Assembly (NCBI GenBank): GCA_031411295.1
Contig: JANOAV010000201.1
Location: forward strand, 1 to 30,535
From: Verrucomicrobiales bacterium
Lineage (GTDB): Bacteria > Verrucomicrobiota > Verrucomicrobiia > Verrucomicrobiales > V1-33
Direction of reading: 5' to 3'
DNA: 30,535 nucleotides
The notes beneath the pieces were generated by a model. It made no database searches and had not been told where the DNA came from. It saw nothing but the letters and a program-made list of their open reading frames with translations. Positions 11,001 through 19,983 of the stretch are shown piece by piece (the first letter of the stretch is position 1; each line of letters starts with the position of its first letter). The position numbers were made by a program, and so were the translations under genes.

Positions 11001-14000
11001 CATTACCGCCGCACCAGGCAGCTATCCATCCCAACCCTTCACTGGTGGCATGTTCATCAATGGGGGCACGGTCAACGTCTGGCGGAATGAATTGCTAGGC
11101 AATGGACCCATCACTTTGGCGGGTGGGGCCATTGAACTCAACCATGGGGTGACAGGCACGAATAACAACACGAATCTGGTCCTGCCAGGCGGTGGCAACG
11201 ATGTCATCGTGACGGCCAACTCTACATTCGGTTGGGATAATAATGCGGAAGCCGCCGATGCCAGTGCAGGAAATAACAACCTTAATGTCCTTGGCAAATT
11301 GACCATCAAAGCCGGACAGGAACTCGCTTTCGGCGGATTTAATGGCAATGACACCCGCTTCAATAACGGGGCGGAGTTCGAGCCTGGAGCGGTTCTCGTC
11401 ACGCTGCAACGCGATGGTAACTCCAATCTCATTCTCAAGGGCGCGGTCACGGGCACGGCTCCGCTAATTGCGGCCGGAAATGTTGGCGGTGGCAACCCCC
11501 AAGGCGTGGCGATCACCAACGGTGGAGCTGCTAGCGTAGTCTTGGGTGCAGGCGCGACGGATAACGTCCCCAATACCTACACAGGGACCTTCAAAGTCAA
11601 TTCCGGCACCCTGCGCTTGGATAAGGCCAACGGCACCACTGCAGTGACTGGTGACATCCTTATCAACGGCGGCACCATTGCTTTTGGCGGCACGATCGTT
11701 GGCAATCGGAATGCTTTCTCCGGTTGGGGCCAGGCAGAATATGATCCAGTCGCTGGAGCCTTTGGCACGCCCTCTGGCTTGAACCAGATTGCTGATACGG
11801 CCTCGGTCACAATGTTGTCAGGAACGTTCGGTGAGAATAACCGCATCAACCTCGACACCATCAAGAACTACACGCAACAAGGCGGCACTTGGAACCCCGG
11901 GGTGCAGCGGTTGATTGCGGCGGATGGATTGAGTTCCGCAGACGGTAAATTTGTCGTGACTGGCACGGCCACGCTCTCCGGCGGTTCGGTGGCGTTCAAC
12001 AGCGGCACGCATTTGGATATCAATAAGCTCGTCCTGCTAGACGGAGCGCAGAACCTCAACATCGCTAATAACTCCACGGATCTCTCCAATCCCACCATCC
12101 TCGAGATCGGCAGCGGCGGCTTGGAGTTGAATGGCAACTCTGTGATCCTGAGCCAAGGTGGCACCGTGAACGGCACCGGAGCCCGCCTCCTGCTGGGGGG
12201 GAATGTCACGATCAATACCGCCGCTTTGAACGCCGGCAGCTATACTCACGTGCTGGCGGTGCAAACGGGTGCCAGCTTCCGTGAACTCAATGACAACAGC
12301 TACGTTGATTTCACCGAAGGAGCCCGCACCTTCAACATTTCCGAGCAGGCCTATATCACCGCCTCCGCCATTCTGAAAAATGGTAGCTTGGTGAAAACCG
12401 GTTTGGGCACCCTGGCGCTGGAACCATTTAAAAACAACGCCTTGAGCGCCCTAACCGTGAACGGCGGCGTGGTGGCGGCCCGGGGGTATAATTCCATTGG
12501 CAGCGGGGCCAATGTCACCGTCGGCAACGGCGGCACGCTGAAATTGGAATCCACTTCCAGTAACAATAACAACCTGACCCTAACCGGAGACGGAGCCATG
12601 ATCGCTGGCACGCAAGCGGTGGACACCATTGGCGTGAAGTGGGACGGGGCCTTGGTTTCCGAATACGGACAGAACACCCTGAATGGCGCAGTGGCCATTT
12701 CCGGCGGGGCTAAGATTAGTTCTTATGCCACCCAGTTCGCCTCGACCGCTGGGCTTGGTGTTTCCAAGAGCTTCCTGCAAATTAACTCTGCCGGCGGCAT
12801 CACTGGCACGGGCGCTCTAACTTGGAGTGGCGATGGCGATGGCGTCATTGCCAACGGTATCAATACCGACAGCACCTTCACGAAACTCGGTGGCGGCACG
12901 CTCACCGTCGCTGGCGCTGGCAGCTACACTGGCAAGACCGAAGTCCAAGGCGGTGCGCTGCGGATCACTCACGGCAGCGCGCTGGGAACCACCGCGGGCA
13001 GCACCACGGTGTATGGTGGTGGCCAATTGCAACTGGGCGGAGTTTCCGTGGCCGGTGAAGCCCTGCAACTGGGCGGCAACGGACTCTACAACGTCGGTGG
13101 GGCTTTGCGTGCCACGGATGGAGCCAACACCTGGAGCGGCAACGTAACCTTGTCTGCTGCCGCCACGGTCTCCGTGGATGCTGGCGCCACCTTAGATCTG
13201 ACTTCCGCCACTGCGCTGCAACCCGCTGCTGGCATTGCGAATCCAAGCCTAACGGTGGCTGGTTCGGGCACCGGTAGTATTTCCAGCGGAATAAATCTGG
13301 GCACGGGCGGGCTGACCCAAGTGGGTAACGGCACGTGGTCCCTGACAGGAAATAGCACTTACTCCGGCGTCACTACCCTGGCCGGTGGCACCACGAACGT
13401 GAATGCCGCAGCCACGACTCCGCTGGGCTCCGGCACGCTGAGTTTACAAGGCGGCAAACTGGCAGCCACAGGCGCTGGAACGATTACCAAAGCGGCCACT
13501 GGCTTCGGTTCTGGCGGTGGTGAAGTGAGCGCTGCATCTGGCTCCACCGTGGACTTGGGGGCGATTACCATTGGCACGGGCGGTTCGGCAGTGTTCTCTG
13601 GACCGGGCACGTTAAATGGTTCCGGCTCATTGATAAATACCATCCTTCCAAGCAGCGCTATCGGAACGGATCTCGTGACATTTTCCGGCACCACCATGCA
13701 AGCGCTGGCTCCCGGACTCTATTCCACAAGTATGGGCGAGGCGCTGTTGGGCGGCAATCTCAATGCCTCTGTCCCTACGAGTTTGAATGTAACGGGTGCT
13801 GGGAATAACCTTTCTATCAACGCGCTGCGAATTGGCGATGGAGGTGGTGTCGTCGCTTCCGGTGGCATCAGCCTAACTGCTGGAACCCTCCTGAGTTCCT
13901 CTTCAATGAACGCAGGCATCAATGGTGGAAACATTACCAGCCCAGGAGATTTGACCGTGATCACCAACGGAGCCTTGGATATCGCTGCCAAGATCCAACC

Positions 14001-17000
14001 CGGTGGCACCAGCCGACTCATCAAGGACGGCTCCGGCACGCTGACACTCAGCGGGGATAACTCTACCACCCTAACGGGCGATATTTATGTGAATGGTGGC
14101 ACACTGGCATTCCTCGGTGGTGTGGGCACCGCACATCCGAACGCGTTGGGTTCCGCGACCGCTCGCAGTATCGTGCTCAATGGAGGCGCGCTCTCCATGC
14201 CGTCAGGCGAATGGGATCCAGGAGCGGGCCAGCTCCAAATCCGCATCGGCACGGGCGGCGGCACGCTCGATGTGGCCCGCAACATCATGATCCTCAATGA
14301 TGCCGCCCAACTCGCTGGCAATGGTGATCTTATCAAGACAGGCGGCGGACGCCTGCAAATCGGGCAAGGGCCCATCGGTTACACTGGTTTCACGGGAAAT
14401 GTTACCGTCAATGGCGGCGTGCTTTCCATCATCAATCAGGATGCCGTGGGAAATATCCCGGGTGGCAACCGAATTACCGTGAACGCAGGCGCGGCCTTCA
14501 TCAATAGCAACGGCACCACTGGTGCAGTGGGCAGCATTTCGCTGAATCCCGTGAGCCTAAACAATGCGCAGTATTTTGTAGGGGGCGGGGACCGAATTCT
14601 CAGTGGCGATCTGATCCTGACAGGCACAAACGCCATTCCTGCGCGCGATGCAGACACTGCCAGCCAAAACCGCAGCCCCATGTTTAACGGCCGCATCACT
14701 CAGGAAGCGACCGGCATTTTAAACATCAGTGGTGTGCGCAATGACAGCTTCGTGCAATTTACTGGCACCAACGACCTCCGCGGCACCATCAATCTGGGAG
14801 CCAACGCAGGCCTGTCCTCCAATGGCGATTCGCTCAGCACCGCGGCCAATCGCGCCACGGTTAACATGAACGGACCGAACTCCCGCTTCCTGCTCCGCAA
14901 TCTGCAGAATGGTCAGTCGAACGTGAACCTCAACATCAATACCTCGTTCTCCGAACTGTTTGCCGGTCGCATCAACGCCAATGGTGGCGGCACCAACCAA
15001 TGGCAGAGCGTGAATAACCTGTCCATCGCAGGCGGGTCCTACGTTTCCATTACTGGTGATAACGGATTCGATTTCCGCGTCGAAGGCACGACTACCATCG
15101 GCAAAGATGTCATCATCAACACGCCGAACGGTTCCGCCAATCTCTGGACCACTGGTCCGGTCGCCTTCGCCTCTGGCGCAGGCATTGATCGTCGCAACAA
15201 CGTAACCGGAGCTTCCACGTGGATCATCAGTAACACGGCCGACACTGCCGCCGCCACCACGATCCATGGCGGTCTGATCATCCTGCGGGACGATGTCAAC
15301 ACCGCCGGAGTAGCCACCAGCGGCACCCTGCCTAACACCACCAAGGTGGACCTGCGCGGTGGGGAACTGCGGATTGAAAATACCAACGGAGCCAATGCCG
15401 ACCGCATTAACAACGGCGCGCAACTCGTCCTCGGTGGCGGCACCCTGCGCATTTCCGGCACGGAAACGACTCTGGCGGCTAGTGTGTCTGCGGAAGCGGG
15501 CACCACCAGCGTGATCTACAACGCCGCGTCCGCCATTGCCAAGCCCGAAGCGCTGACCCTGCCCAGCTTTACCCGCTCCACTGGAGCCACCTTGGCCTTC
15601 GGCACGGATACTGGCACGGTGGGAGCCGTGGTCGCGAATAATGCGCTGGGCAATACTGCTACCGCCCAAGCCCAGCCCCGGATTAACATTCCGGCCCTAG
15701 CCTCCACCACTGGCACGAACATTTTCGCCTGGGGCTGGATCGGGACGGACTGGTTGCAGAATGACCCTGCGGCGCTCAGCGCGGCTGACTTTGGCATGGC
15801 TCGCGGACTCTATACTGGGGTCACTTACACTGGCAATCTAAACCCTACTAGCACGCAGAATGCGAACTACGGTGGCGTTGCTGCCTATGTCATGACCACG
15901 TCCACGGCCAATTCGCTCCGGGTAAATAATGCCACCGCAGCCACGGTTACGATTCCAGCAGCAGGTCTGGCACTTTCCTCGGGTGGTGTTTTGACTACCG
16001 GAGCCAACCACATCATTGCCATCGCAGCCAGTCCCACCGGAACGCTTTCGTCCACGGGCTCGGAACTGTTCCTCAATGTGCTGGGCAACCAATTAACCAT
16101 CAGTGCCCCAATTGGCGGGACTAACGTAGTAAAGAGCGGCGGCGGCACCTTGGTGCTCAGCGGAACCAATACTTTCGCTGGCGGATTCTACGTCAACGGC
16201 GGCTCCACTCAGTGGACCTCTGCGGGTGCCAATGGCAGCTCTGCGAATACCATCTTCCTGCAAGGGGGCGAGCTTTCTCCGAACTTCACTTCCAATAATG
16301 CCGGAGCCACCATGAACTGGGGTAACAACGTGGTCGTCAACGCCACCTCAAGTCTTACGGGAGACAATGGCACTGGCACTGCCGGGGTTGTCCAAAACCA
16401 CGTCTTCGGCAGCCTCACCTTCAACGGCAACTACGGGCTGAACCTGAGTGGCTTTGATGGCAGCACGCTGAAATTTACCGGCGTGAACCTCAATGGCTTC
16501 AAACCTTCCTTCCAGTTAGTCGGCAACAGAGCTGGGGGAACCGGAACCAATGATGGCCAGCTCAACACCTTGGGCGGTGCCATCACGGGTGCAGGCGGAT
16601 TCCGCGTTCTGACCATCGGCACGGAAAACGCCGCTACCGCTCGGGCCGGCACGTTGCAAATCGGTTCTGGCGCTGGCGATGTGGCCAACACCTACACGGG
16701 AACGGTCCAAGTGGCGGCGGGCCGGGTCCAACTGAATAAGCCTGACAATGTCATCGCCATCACGGCAGACGCCGACGACACCACCTATGATCTCGAACTC
16801 CTGGCTGGAAATAATGCTGGTGCCACAGTGGCCAACTCCGCCATCATGGGCGCATACGTCCGCCTCAACGCCAATGAACAAATTGCCGATGCCGCCAACG
16901 TGCGCGTTTCCGGTGGACGGCTTGATTTCAACAGCAAGAGCGAGACCATCAAATCCCTCCTCATGGATGGTGGACACGTTGTGATTGGTGGCGCTGGCAC

Positions 17001-18546
17001 CTCCACCGTAAATATCACCGGAAATGTTGACCTGCAAGGCACCGGGCTATTTACGGGCGCTGATGGCGCTTCTAATATTACCGCCAACGGTTTGGATATT
17101 GGTGTCGGGGCTACCGTCACCATCGGAGGAAATCTCACCGTCGGCCAATTTGGCCGCATGTTAGTCAGCCCTACCAACCCCGGTGCTACCACCGTGACTG
17201 TGAAGGGTAACATCGACCTCACGGGCGGGAACAGCATCCTTGCCGGCGGGGCCTATCAGAACGGTGGCGGCACCATTAAGCTGAACTCTGGCTCCATTGC
17301 CACTGTCCTCGTGATGGAAGGCAACCTCTCCACCCAGCCCTCCGCCTTCAGCGCCATGATCGACGGCACCAACGACACCGACAACTACGTCGATCTCAAA
17401 GGTGACCGCACCTTCAACATAGCGAATGGCACTGCGGGTGACGACTTCATTATGAGCGCCATCTTCCGCAACAATGGAGCCAATATTGGCGGCCTCATCA
17501 AAACGGGTGCTGGCACCATGACGATCAATAACACCACCAACGTGGCCAACAGCTATGGCGGTGCCACGACGGTCAACGGAGGCGAACTCATCCTCTCCCG
17601 CGCGGCCGCCAGCGTCGTTGTTCCTGGAGTCCTGAACATCGGCAACGGCACGGATCCAGCCGCCGTGCGCCTCCGTAACAGCAACCAAATCGCGGACACC
17701 TCCGCTGTGACCATCAACGCGGGTGGCGTGCTCGACCTCGAATTCGGCAACGCCAGCGAGACCGTGGCCTCTGTGGCGGGTGCTGGCCGGGTCCTGCTAG
17801 GTTCTGGCAGCCTGCTGACCACCGGTAGCGCCTCCGACACCACTTTCTCCGGCTCCATTACCGGAAACGGCGGCATCACCAAAACGGGGGCGGGTAAGTG
17901 GGAACTCACTGGCAGCAGCAACTACGCTGGAACCACGACCATCACGGGCGGGAATCTGGCCATCAACGGCAGTGTGGCTGGCACGCCCGTCGTCATCAAC
18001 ACCGGCGGCATCCTCAGCGGCACGGGCAATGTTTCCCTGGATCGCGCCGGCCCCGTCCTGGCAGACGCGGCGGTGCTCTTGAACACCGGAGGTTCCCTGA
18101 ACCCCGGCAACAGCCCAGGCATCCTCAACACCGGTTCCTTGGCCACCACCGGCGGCACCGTGAACTTTGAAATTGGTGGTTTCTCCGCAGGCAACGGGAC
18201 TGGTTTCTACGACCAACTGAACGTTACTGGAGCGGTCAACTTGACGGGCACGACCATTGCCAACTTCAGCCTCTTCGGTGGTTGGACGACCAACCCGACC
18301 GATGTTTACTACCTCTTGAAGAACGACGGAGTGGATGCCATCAACGGCACCTTTGATCTGCTCCCTGAAGGTGCCCCATTGACCATTGGCGGAACCCCAT
18401 TCACTGCCACCTACCTGGCCAACGCCGAAGGCAGTTCCACCACTGGCGGCAACGACTTCGCCCTCATCGCAGTGCCTGAACCCACGGCTGTAATGCTGGC
18501 GTTGGTCACCGGACTGGGCATCGGCTTGCGTCGTCGGCGGAAGTAA
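8095..18546 (+). CDS. Giant (3483 aa) autotransporter-associated beta-strand-repeat surface protein with a PEP-CTERM sorting signal
   Basis: Signal peptide, Gly/Asn/Thr-rich sequence and many LxKxGxGTLxL..NTYxGxTxVxGG repeats. It ends in VPEPTAVMLALVTGLGIGLRRRRK and has no C-terminal beta-barrel. Confidence 0.92.
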   Translation: MKTSLFSYSPLTGFSFPRVKSVSWLAAVMGLSLSAASAIDWDGGGDGVTWTDPLNWDGDVLPTVADLAAFNFSPQLIQPNGNQSVLGLSFFDNYVLGGFGNSSLLTLAGSTSVTNLTPNSASITINSLLTTGGATPGLYIGGSGGTVNLTNIYNQIGGNITLDGTTLLMQSSSLAPHLSGTGINLQNRSDALVLGGPNNPQNRNIILKNGGQFAVYGAGYNPDGSSKVFNLDASGGGAINVVAGYQQFSLDDAAQITGTGNLTKTGNGRLTLTSQAFGLTGNLQVSGGVLDVGTSTAPAVTNDYNRMSVFAQTATITVGVPGAVTGTSPRPMFVMNNGTATQIDSNIVLNPNGTIGANGADSILGAALALHSPSSSTLTLNGGTLLNRNAFDPQTTRFLRVDALVQGSGTVDIVGSTLAASNPRTVFQRGDLAHTFSGTYRLQGNNTLEANPRFSGVLTVSAVGVPATYNSTSNSGNSFGSNATIELAGFNSGLDLRDNGGVASFSGSLISAYNRNIVLPGYSGNKIVVSSTEPGGIQRIVGNANLIPSATATATAGHIASFPAGSASDGNIYAMSKLQFTGSQWLQVNAGANYSYRFDDLTFAASASNPWLDNAAGNIRITNAVAGASTDLVKRGNAELSFLNNVTLNTLDIRHGAIRLQGAAGAFTGVAIIVNGGNNSNASNFGGGSLILDNTTGSNPDRINSSTIVELKGTSTLRLDSLSGTNTTETIDNLNVNSGNPTINAVRTGGTETSALTIGLSRGANPSSVINFAGTSLGTAASGVGQIFITSQAATSPAAGTNAGMLGAWAYTGNDWAKYDANGVRAFAATDYDTTTTLATGINANPSAAVTLAAATTTQSLKLSQTASTVGLVTNGNLLRIESGGILSTTNSAQGISGTNVVGSGITAGLAANTAEKLYINTTADLRLSALVQDNGSGPVTLVKSGGNTLFLVPQSLTGGLFQAASTGGITAAPGSYPSQPFTGGMFINGGTVNVWRNELLGNGPITLAGGAIELNHGVTGTNNNTNLVLPGGGNDVIVTANSTFGWDNNAEAADASAGNNNLNVLGKLTIKAGQELAFGGFNGNDTRFNNGAEFEPGAVLVTLQRDGNSNLILKGAVTGTAPLIAAGNVGGGNPQGVAITNGGAASVVLGAGATDNVPNTYTGTFKVNSGTLRLDKANGTTAVTGDILINGGTIAFGGTIVGNRNAFSGWGQAEYDPVAGAFGTPSGLNQIADTASVTMLSGTFGENNRINLDTIKNYTQQGGTWNPGVQRLIAADGLSSADGKFVVTGTATLSGGSVAFNSGTHLDINKLVLLDGAQNLNIANNSTDLSNPTILEIGSGGLELNGNSVILSQGGTVNGTGARLLLGGNVTINTAALNAGSYTHVLAVQTGASFRELNDNSYVDFTEGARTFNISEQAYITASAILKNGSLVKTGLGTLALEPFKNNALSALTVNGGVVAARGYNSIGSGANVTVGNGGTLKLESTSSNNNNLTLTGDGAMIAGTQAVDTIGVKWDGALVSEYGQNTLNGAVAISGGAKISSYATQFASTAGLGVSKSFLQINSAGGITGTGALTWSGDGDGVIANGINTDSTFTKLGGGTLTVAGAGSYTGKTEVQGGALRITHGSALGTTAGSTTVYGGGQLQLGGVSVAGEALQLGGNGLYNVGGALRATDGANTWSGNVTLSAAATVSVDAGATLDLTSATALQPAAGIANPSLTVAGSGTGSISSGINLGTGGLTQVGNGTWSLTGNSTYSGVTTLAGGTTNVNAAATTPLGSGTLSLQGGKLAATGAGTITKAATGFGSGGGEVSAASGSTVDLGAITIGTGGSAVFSGPGTLNGSGSLINTILPSSAIGTDLVTFSGTTMQALAPGLYSTSMGEALLGGNLNASVPTSLNVTGAGNNLSINALRIGDGGGVVASGGISLTAGTLLSSSSMNAGINGGNITSPGDLTVITNGALDIAAKIQPGGTSRLIKDGSGTLTLSGDNSTTLTGDIYVNGGTLAFLGGVGTAHPNALGSATARSIVLNGGALSMPSGEWDPGAGQLQIRIGTGGGTLDVARNIMILNDAAQLAGNGDLIKTGGGRLQIGQGPIGYTGFTGNVTVNGGVLSIINQDAVGNIPGGNRITVNAGAAFINSNGTTGAVGSISLNPVSLNNAQYFVGGGDRILSGDLILTGTNAIPARDADTASQNRSPMFNGRITQEATGILNISGVRNDSFVQFTGTNDLRGTINLGANAGLSSNGDSLSTAANRATVNMNGPNSRFLLRNLQNGQSNVNLNINTSFSELFAGRINANGGGTNQWQSVNNLSIAGGSYVSITGDNGFDFRVEGTTTIGKDVIINTPNGSANLWTTGPVAFASGAGIDRRNNVTGASTWIISNTADTAAATTIHGGLIILRDDVNTAGVATSGTLPNTTKVDLRGGELRIENTNGANADRINNGAQLVLGGGTLRISGTETTLAASVSAEAGTTSVIYNAASAIAKPEALTLPSFTRSTGATLAFGTDTGTVGAVVANNALGNTATAQAQPRINIPALASTTGTNIFAWGWIGTDWLQNDPAALSAADFGMARGLYTGVTYTGNLNPTSTQNANYGGVAAYVMTTSTANSLRVNNATAATVTIPAAGLALSSGGVLTTGANHIIAIAASPTGTLSSTGSELFLNVLGNQLTISAPIGGTNVVKSGGGTLVLSGTNTFAGGFYVNGGSTQWTSAGANGSSANTIFLQGGELSPNFTSNNAGATMNWGNNVVVNATSSLTGDNGTGTAGVVQNHVFGSLTFNGNYGLNLSGFDGSTLKFTGVNLNGFKPSFQLVGNRAGGTGTNDGQLNTLGGAITGAGGFRVLTIGTENAATARAGTLQIGSGAGDVANTYTGTVQVAAGRVQLNKPDNVIAITADADDTTYDLELLAGNNAGATVANSAIMGAYVRLNANEQIADAANVRVSGGRLDFNSKSETIKSLLMDGGHVVIGGAGTSTVNITGNVDLQGTGLFTGADGASNITANGLDIGVGATVTIGGNLTVGQFGRMLVSPTNPGATTVTVKGNIDLTGGNSILAGGAYQNGGGTIKLNSGSIATVLVMEGNLSTQPSAFSAMIDGTNDTDNYVDLKGDRTFNIANGTAGDDFIMSAIFRNNGANIGGLIKTGAGTMTINNTTNVANSYGGATTVNGGELILSRAAASVVVPGVLNIGNGTDPAAVRLRNSNQIADTSAVTINAGGVLDLEFGNASETVASVAGAGRVLLGSGSLLTTGSASDTTFSGSITGNGGITKTGAGKWELTGSSNYAGTTTITGGNLAINGSVAGTPVVINTGGILSGTGNVSLDRAGPVLADAAVLLNTGGSLNPGNSPGILNTGSLATTGGTVNFEIGGFSAGNGTGFYDQLNVTGAVNLTGTTIANFSLFGGWTTNPTDVYYLLKNDGVDAINGTFDLLPEGAPLTIGGTPFTATYLANAEGSSTTGGNDFALIAVPEPTAVMLALVTGLGIGLRRRRK

Positions 18547-18548
18547 AC

Positions 18549-18619
18549 CTAGGCAGGGGCTCCACCCCTCACCAGTTCTGCCTAGTTGCCGTCCCGCCGA
18601 AACGAGCGGATGGGAACGG
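18549..18619 (+). terminator. Two stem-loops after the PEP-CTERM gene (possible terminator or mRNA-stabilising structure)
   Basis: CTAGGCAG (18549-18556) pairs with CTGCCTAG (18578-18585), and CCGTCCC pairs imperfectly with GGGAACGG (18589-18619). There is no clear U-tract. Confidence 0.35.
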
Positions 18620-18620
18620 T

Positions 18621-19844
18621 ATGAATGAAACCGTGCCCGCGAATTTCCCTGCCTGCAAACATCGGAAACGCTCCCGTCCCGTCTCGACGCCCAGCTGGCT
18701 GACATGGTTGGCGTCGGAACCCTTCCGGGTGTTCTTTTTTACCGGGGCGGTCTGGAGTATCATCGGAGTCTCCCTATGGCCGCTGTTTTACGCGGGAGCG
18801 CTGGCTTACTATCCAAATTTTGTGCACGCCAGAATCATGATTGAATGTTTCGGCGGAGCCTTCGTGGTCGGATTTCTCGGCACCGCCGGGCCCCGCATGG
18901 CCACTGCTCCGAAGTTGACGGTCTGGGAGTTGCTGCTCCTCCTGCTGCTGCACCTGGCAGCGGGGGCGGCCCACCTCCAGCAACGCACCGCCTTGGGCGA
19001 CGCCTTGTTTCTTGGGATGCTAGTCCTGCTCCTGCTCTCACTGCTGGTTCGCGTCCTGCGGTTCCGCAAAGAACTTCCGCCCCCGCAAATGTTGCTCGCC
19101 TTGACCGGCCTGTTGTGTGGTTGTGCCGGCACCGCCTTGTGGTTGGATCCGGCCACCTTGAACTCCCCGGAACGGTATCGCCTGGCTGGCTTGTTACTGT
19201 ATCAGGGACTGCTCCTTCCTCCCGTGTTAGGGATCGGTTCATTTCTGTTTCCCCGGATGCTGGGCGGAGACTTTGGCGAACCCGCCCCCGACCAAGTCCG
19301 GCGGAAATTTCTCCACGCGATCATCGCAGCACTCCTGCTCATCTTAAGCTTCTTCCTCGAAATCTGGGAGCATCCGCTGCTCGCCTATCTCCTGCGGGCA
19401 GGGGTGGCCGCCACCTACCTGCTCCTGGAAGTAAATTGGCGACGGCCCGTGGCAGCGGCTCAGCGAGGCACTTTGGCGACCGGACTGCCGTGGGCGCTGA
19501 TCACAGGATTGCTCGGCTTGGTGATGGCAGGATTCTACTATCAGTTTCACGTGGGCTTGGAGCACCTGCTTTACATTGGTGGATTCGGATTGCTCATTTT
19601 GGTCGTGGCCAGTCGCGTGCTGTTCGGGCACAGCGGCCAATTGGATGATTTCGCCAGAAAATCCTGGCTCGCCCGCAGCCTGATCTTCTTTGCCTTCTTA
19701 GCCGCCACCACCCGTGCCAGCGCGGACTTCCTGCCCACCATTACCGTCTCCCATCACAAATACGCCGCGTGGACATGGGGCATCGTGGCGCTGCTATGGC
19801 TCATCTGGCACCGCCGTCGCTTCCTCCAGCGGGAGAAACATTAG
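18621..19844 (+). CDS. nnrS: NnrS family membrane protein (nitric-oxide stress)
   Basis: Multi-TM protein with EPFRVFF, HARIMIECFGGAFVVGFLGTA, HLLYIGGFG and SRVLFGHSG, the characteristic NnrS motifs. Confidence 0.88.
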   Translation: MNETVPANFPACKHRKRSRPVSTPSWLTWLASEPFRVFFFTGAVWSIIGVSLWPLFYAGALAYYPNFVHARIMIECFGGAFVVGFLGTAGPRMATAPKLTVWELLLLLLLHLAAGAAHLQQRTALGDALFLGMLVLLLLSLLVRVLRFRKELPPPQMLLALTGLLCGCAGTALWLDPATLNSPERYRLAGLLLYQGLLLPPVLGIGSFLFPRMLGGDFGEPAPDQVRRKFLHAIIAALLLILSFFLEIWEHPLLAYLLRAGVAATYLLLEVNWRRPVAAAQRGTLATGLPWALITGLLGLVMAGFYYQFHVGLEHLLYIGGFGLLILVVASRVLFGHSGQLDDFARKSWLARSLIFFAFLAATTRASADFLPTITVSHHKYAAWTWGIVALLWLIWHRRRFLQREKH

Positions 19845-19871
19845 CGGATTTTCCTGATCGGTGCCATCCTC

Positions 19872-19961
19872 GTGGCGGGGGCATTCTGCCCCCCAGCCCT
19901 GAATCACGCTGGGGATATTTGGACGCGGGGACCCAGGTTTGGGGCAGAATGCCCCCGCCAC
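19872..19961. repeat. REP doublet (REPIN-like) between convergent genes
   Basis: Perfect 21-bp inverted repeat GTGGCGGGGGCATTCTGCCCC at 19872-19892 and 19941-19961. Each arm has a GTGG head and an internal palindrome. Confidence 0.8.
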
Positions 19962-19983
19962 ACTTCAAAGGCCGTTTTCTGCT

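Noticed and set aside
8095..18546. Classical type V autotransporter call
   Set aside because: There is no C-terminal translocator barrel; the protein ends in PEP-CTERM.
8115..18705. Numerous minus-strand ORFs (e.g. 14719..15669 and 17797..18705)
   Set aside because: Antisense shadows of the GC-rich repetitive 3483-aa gene.
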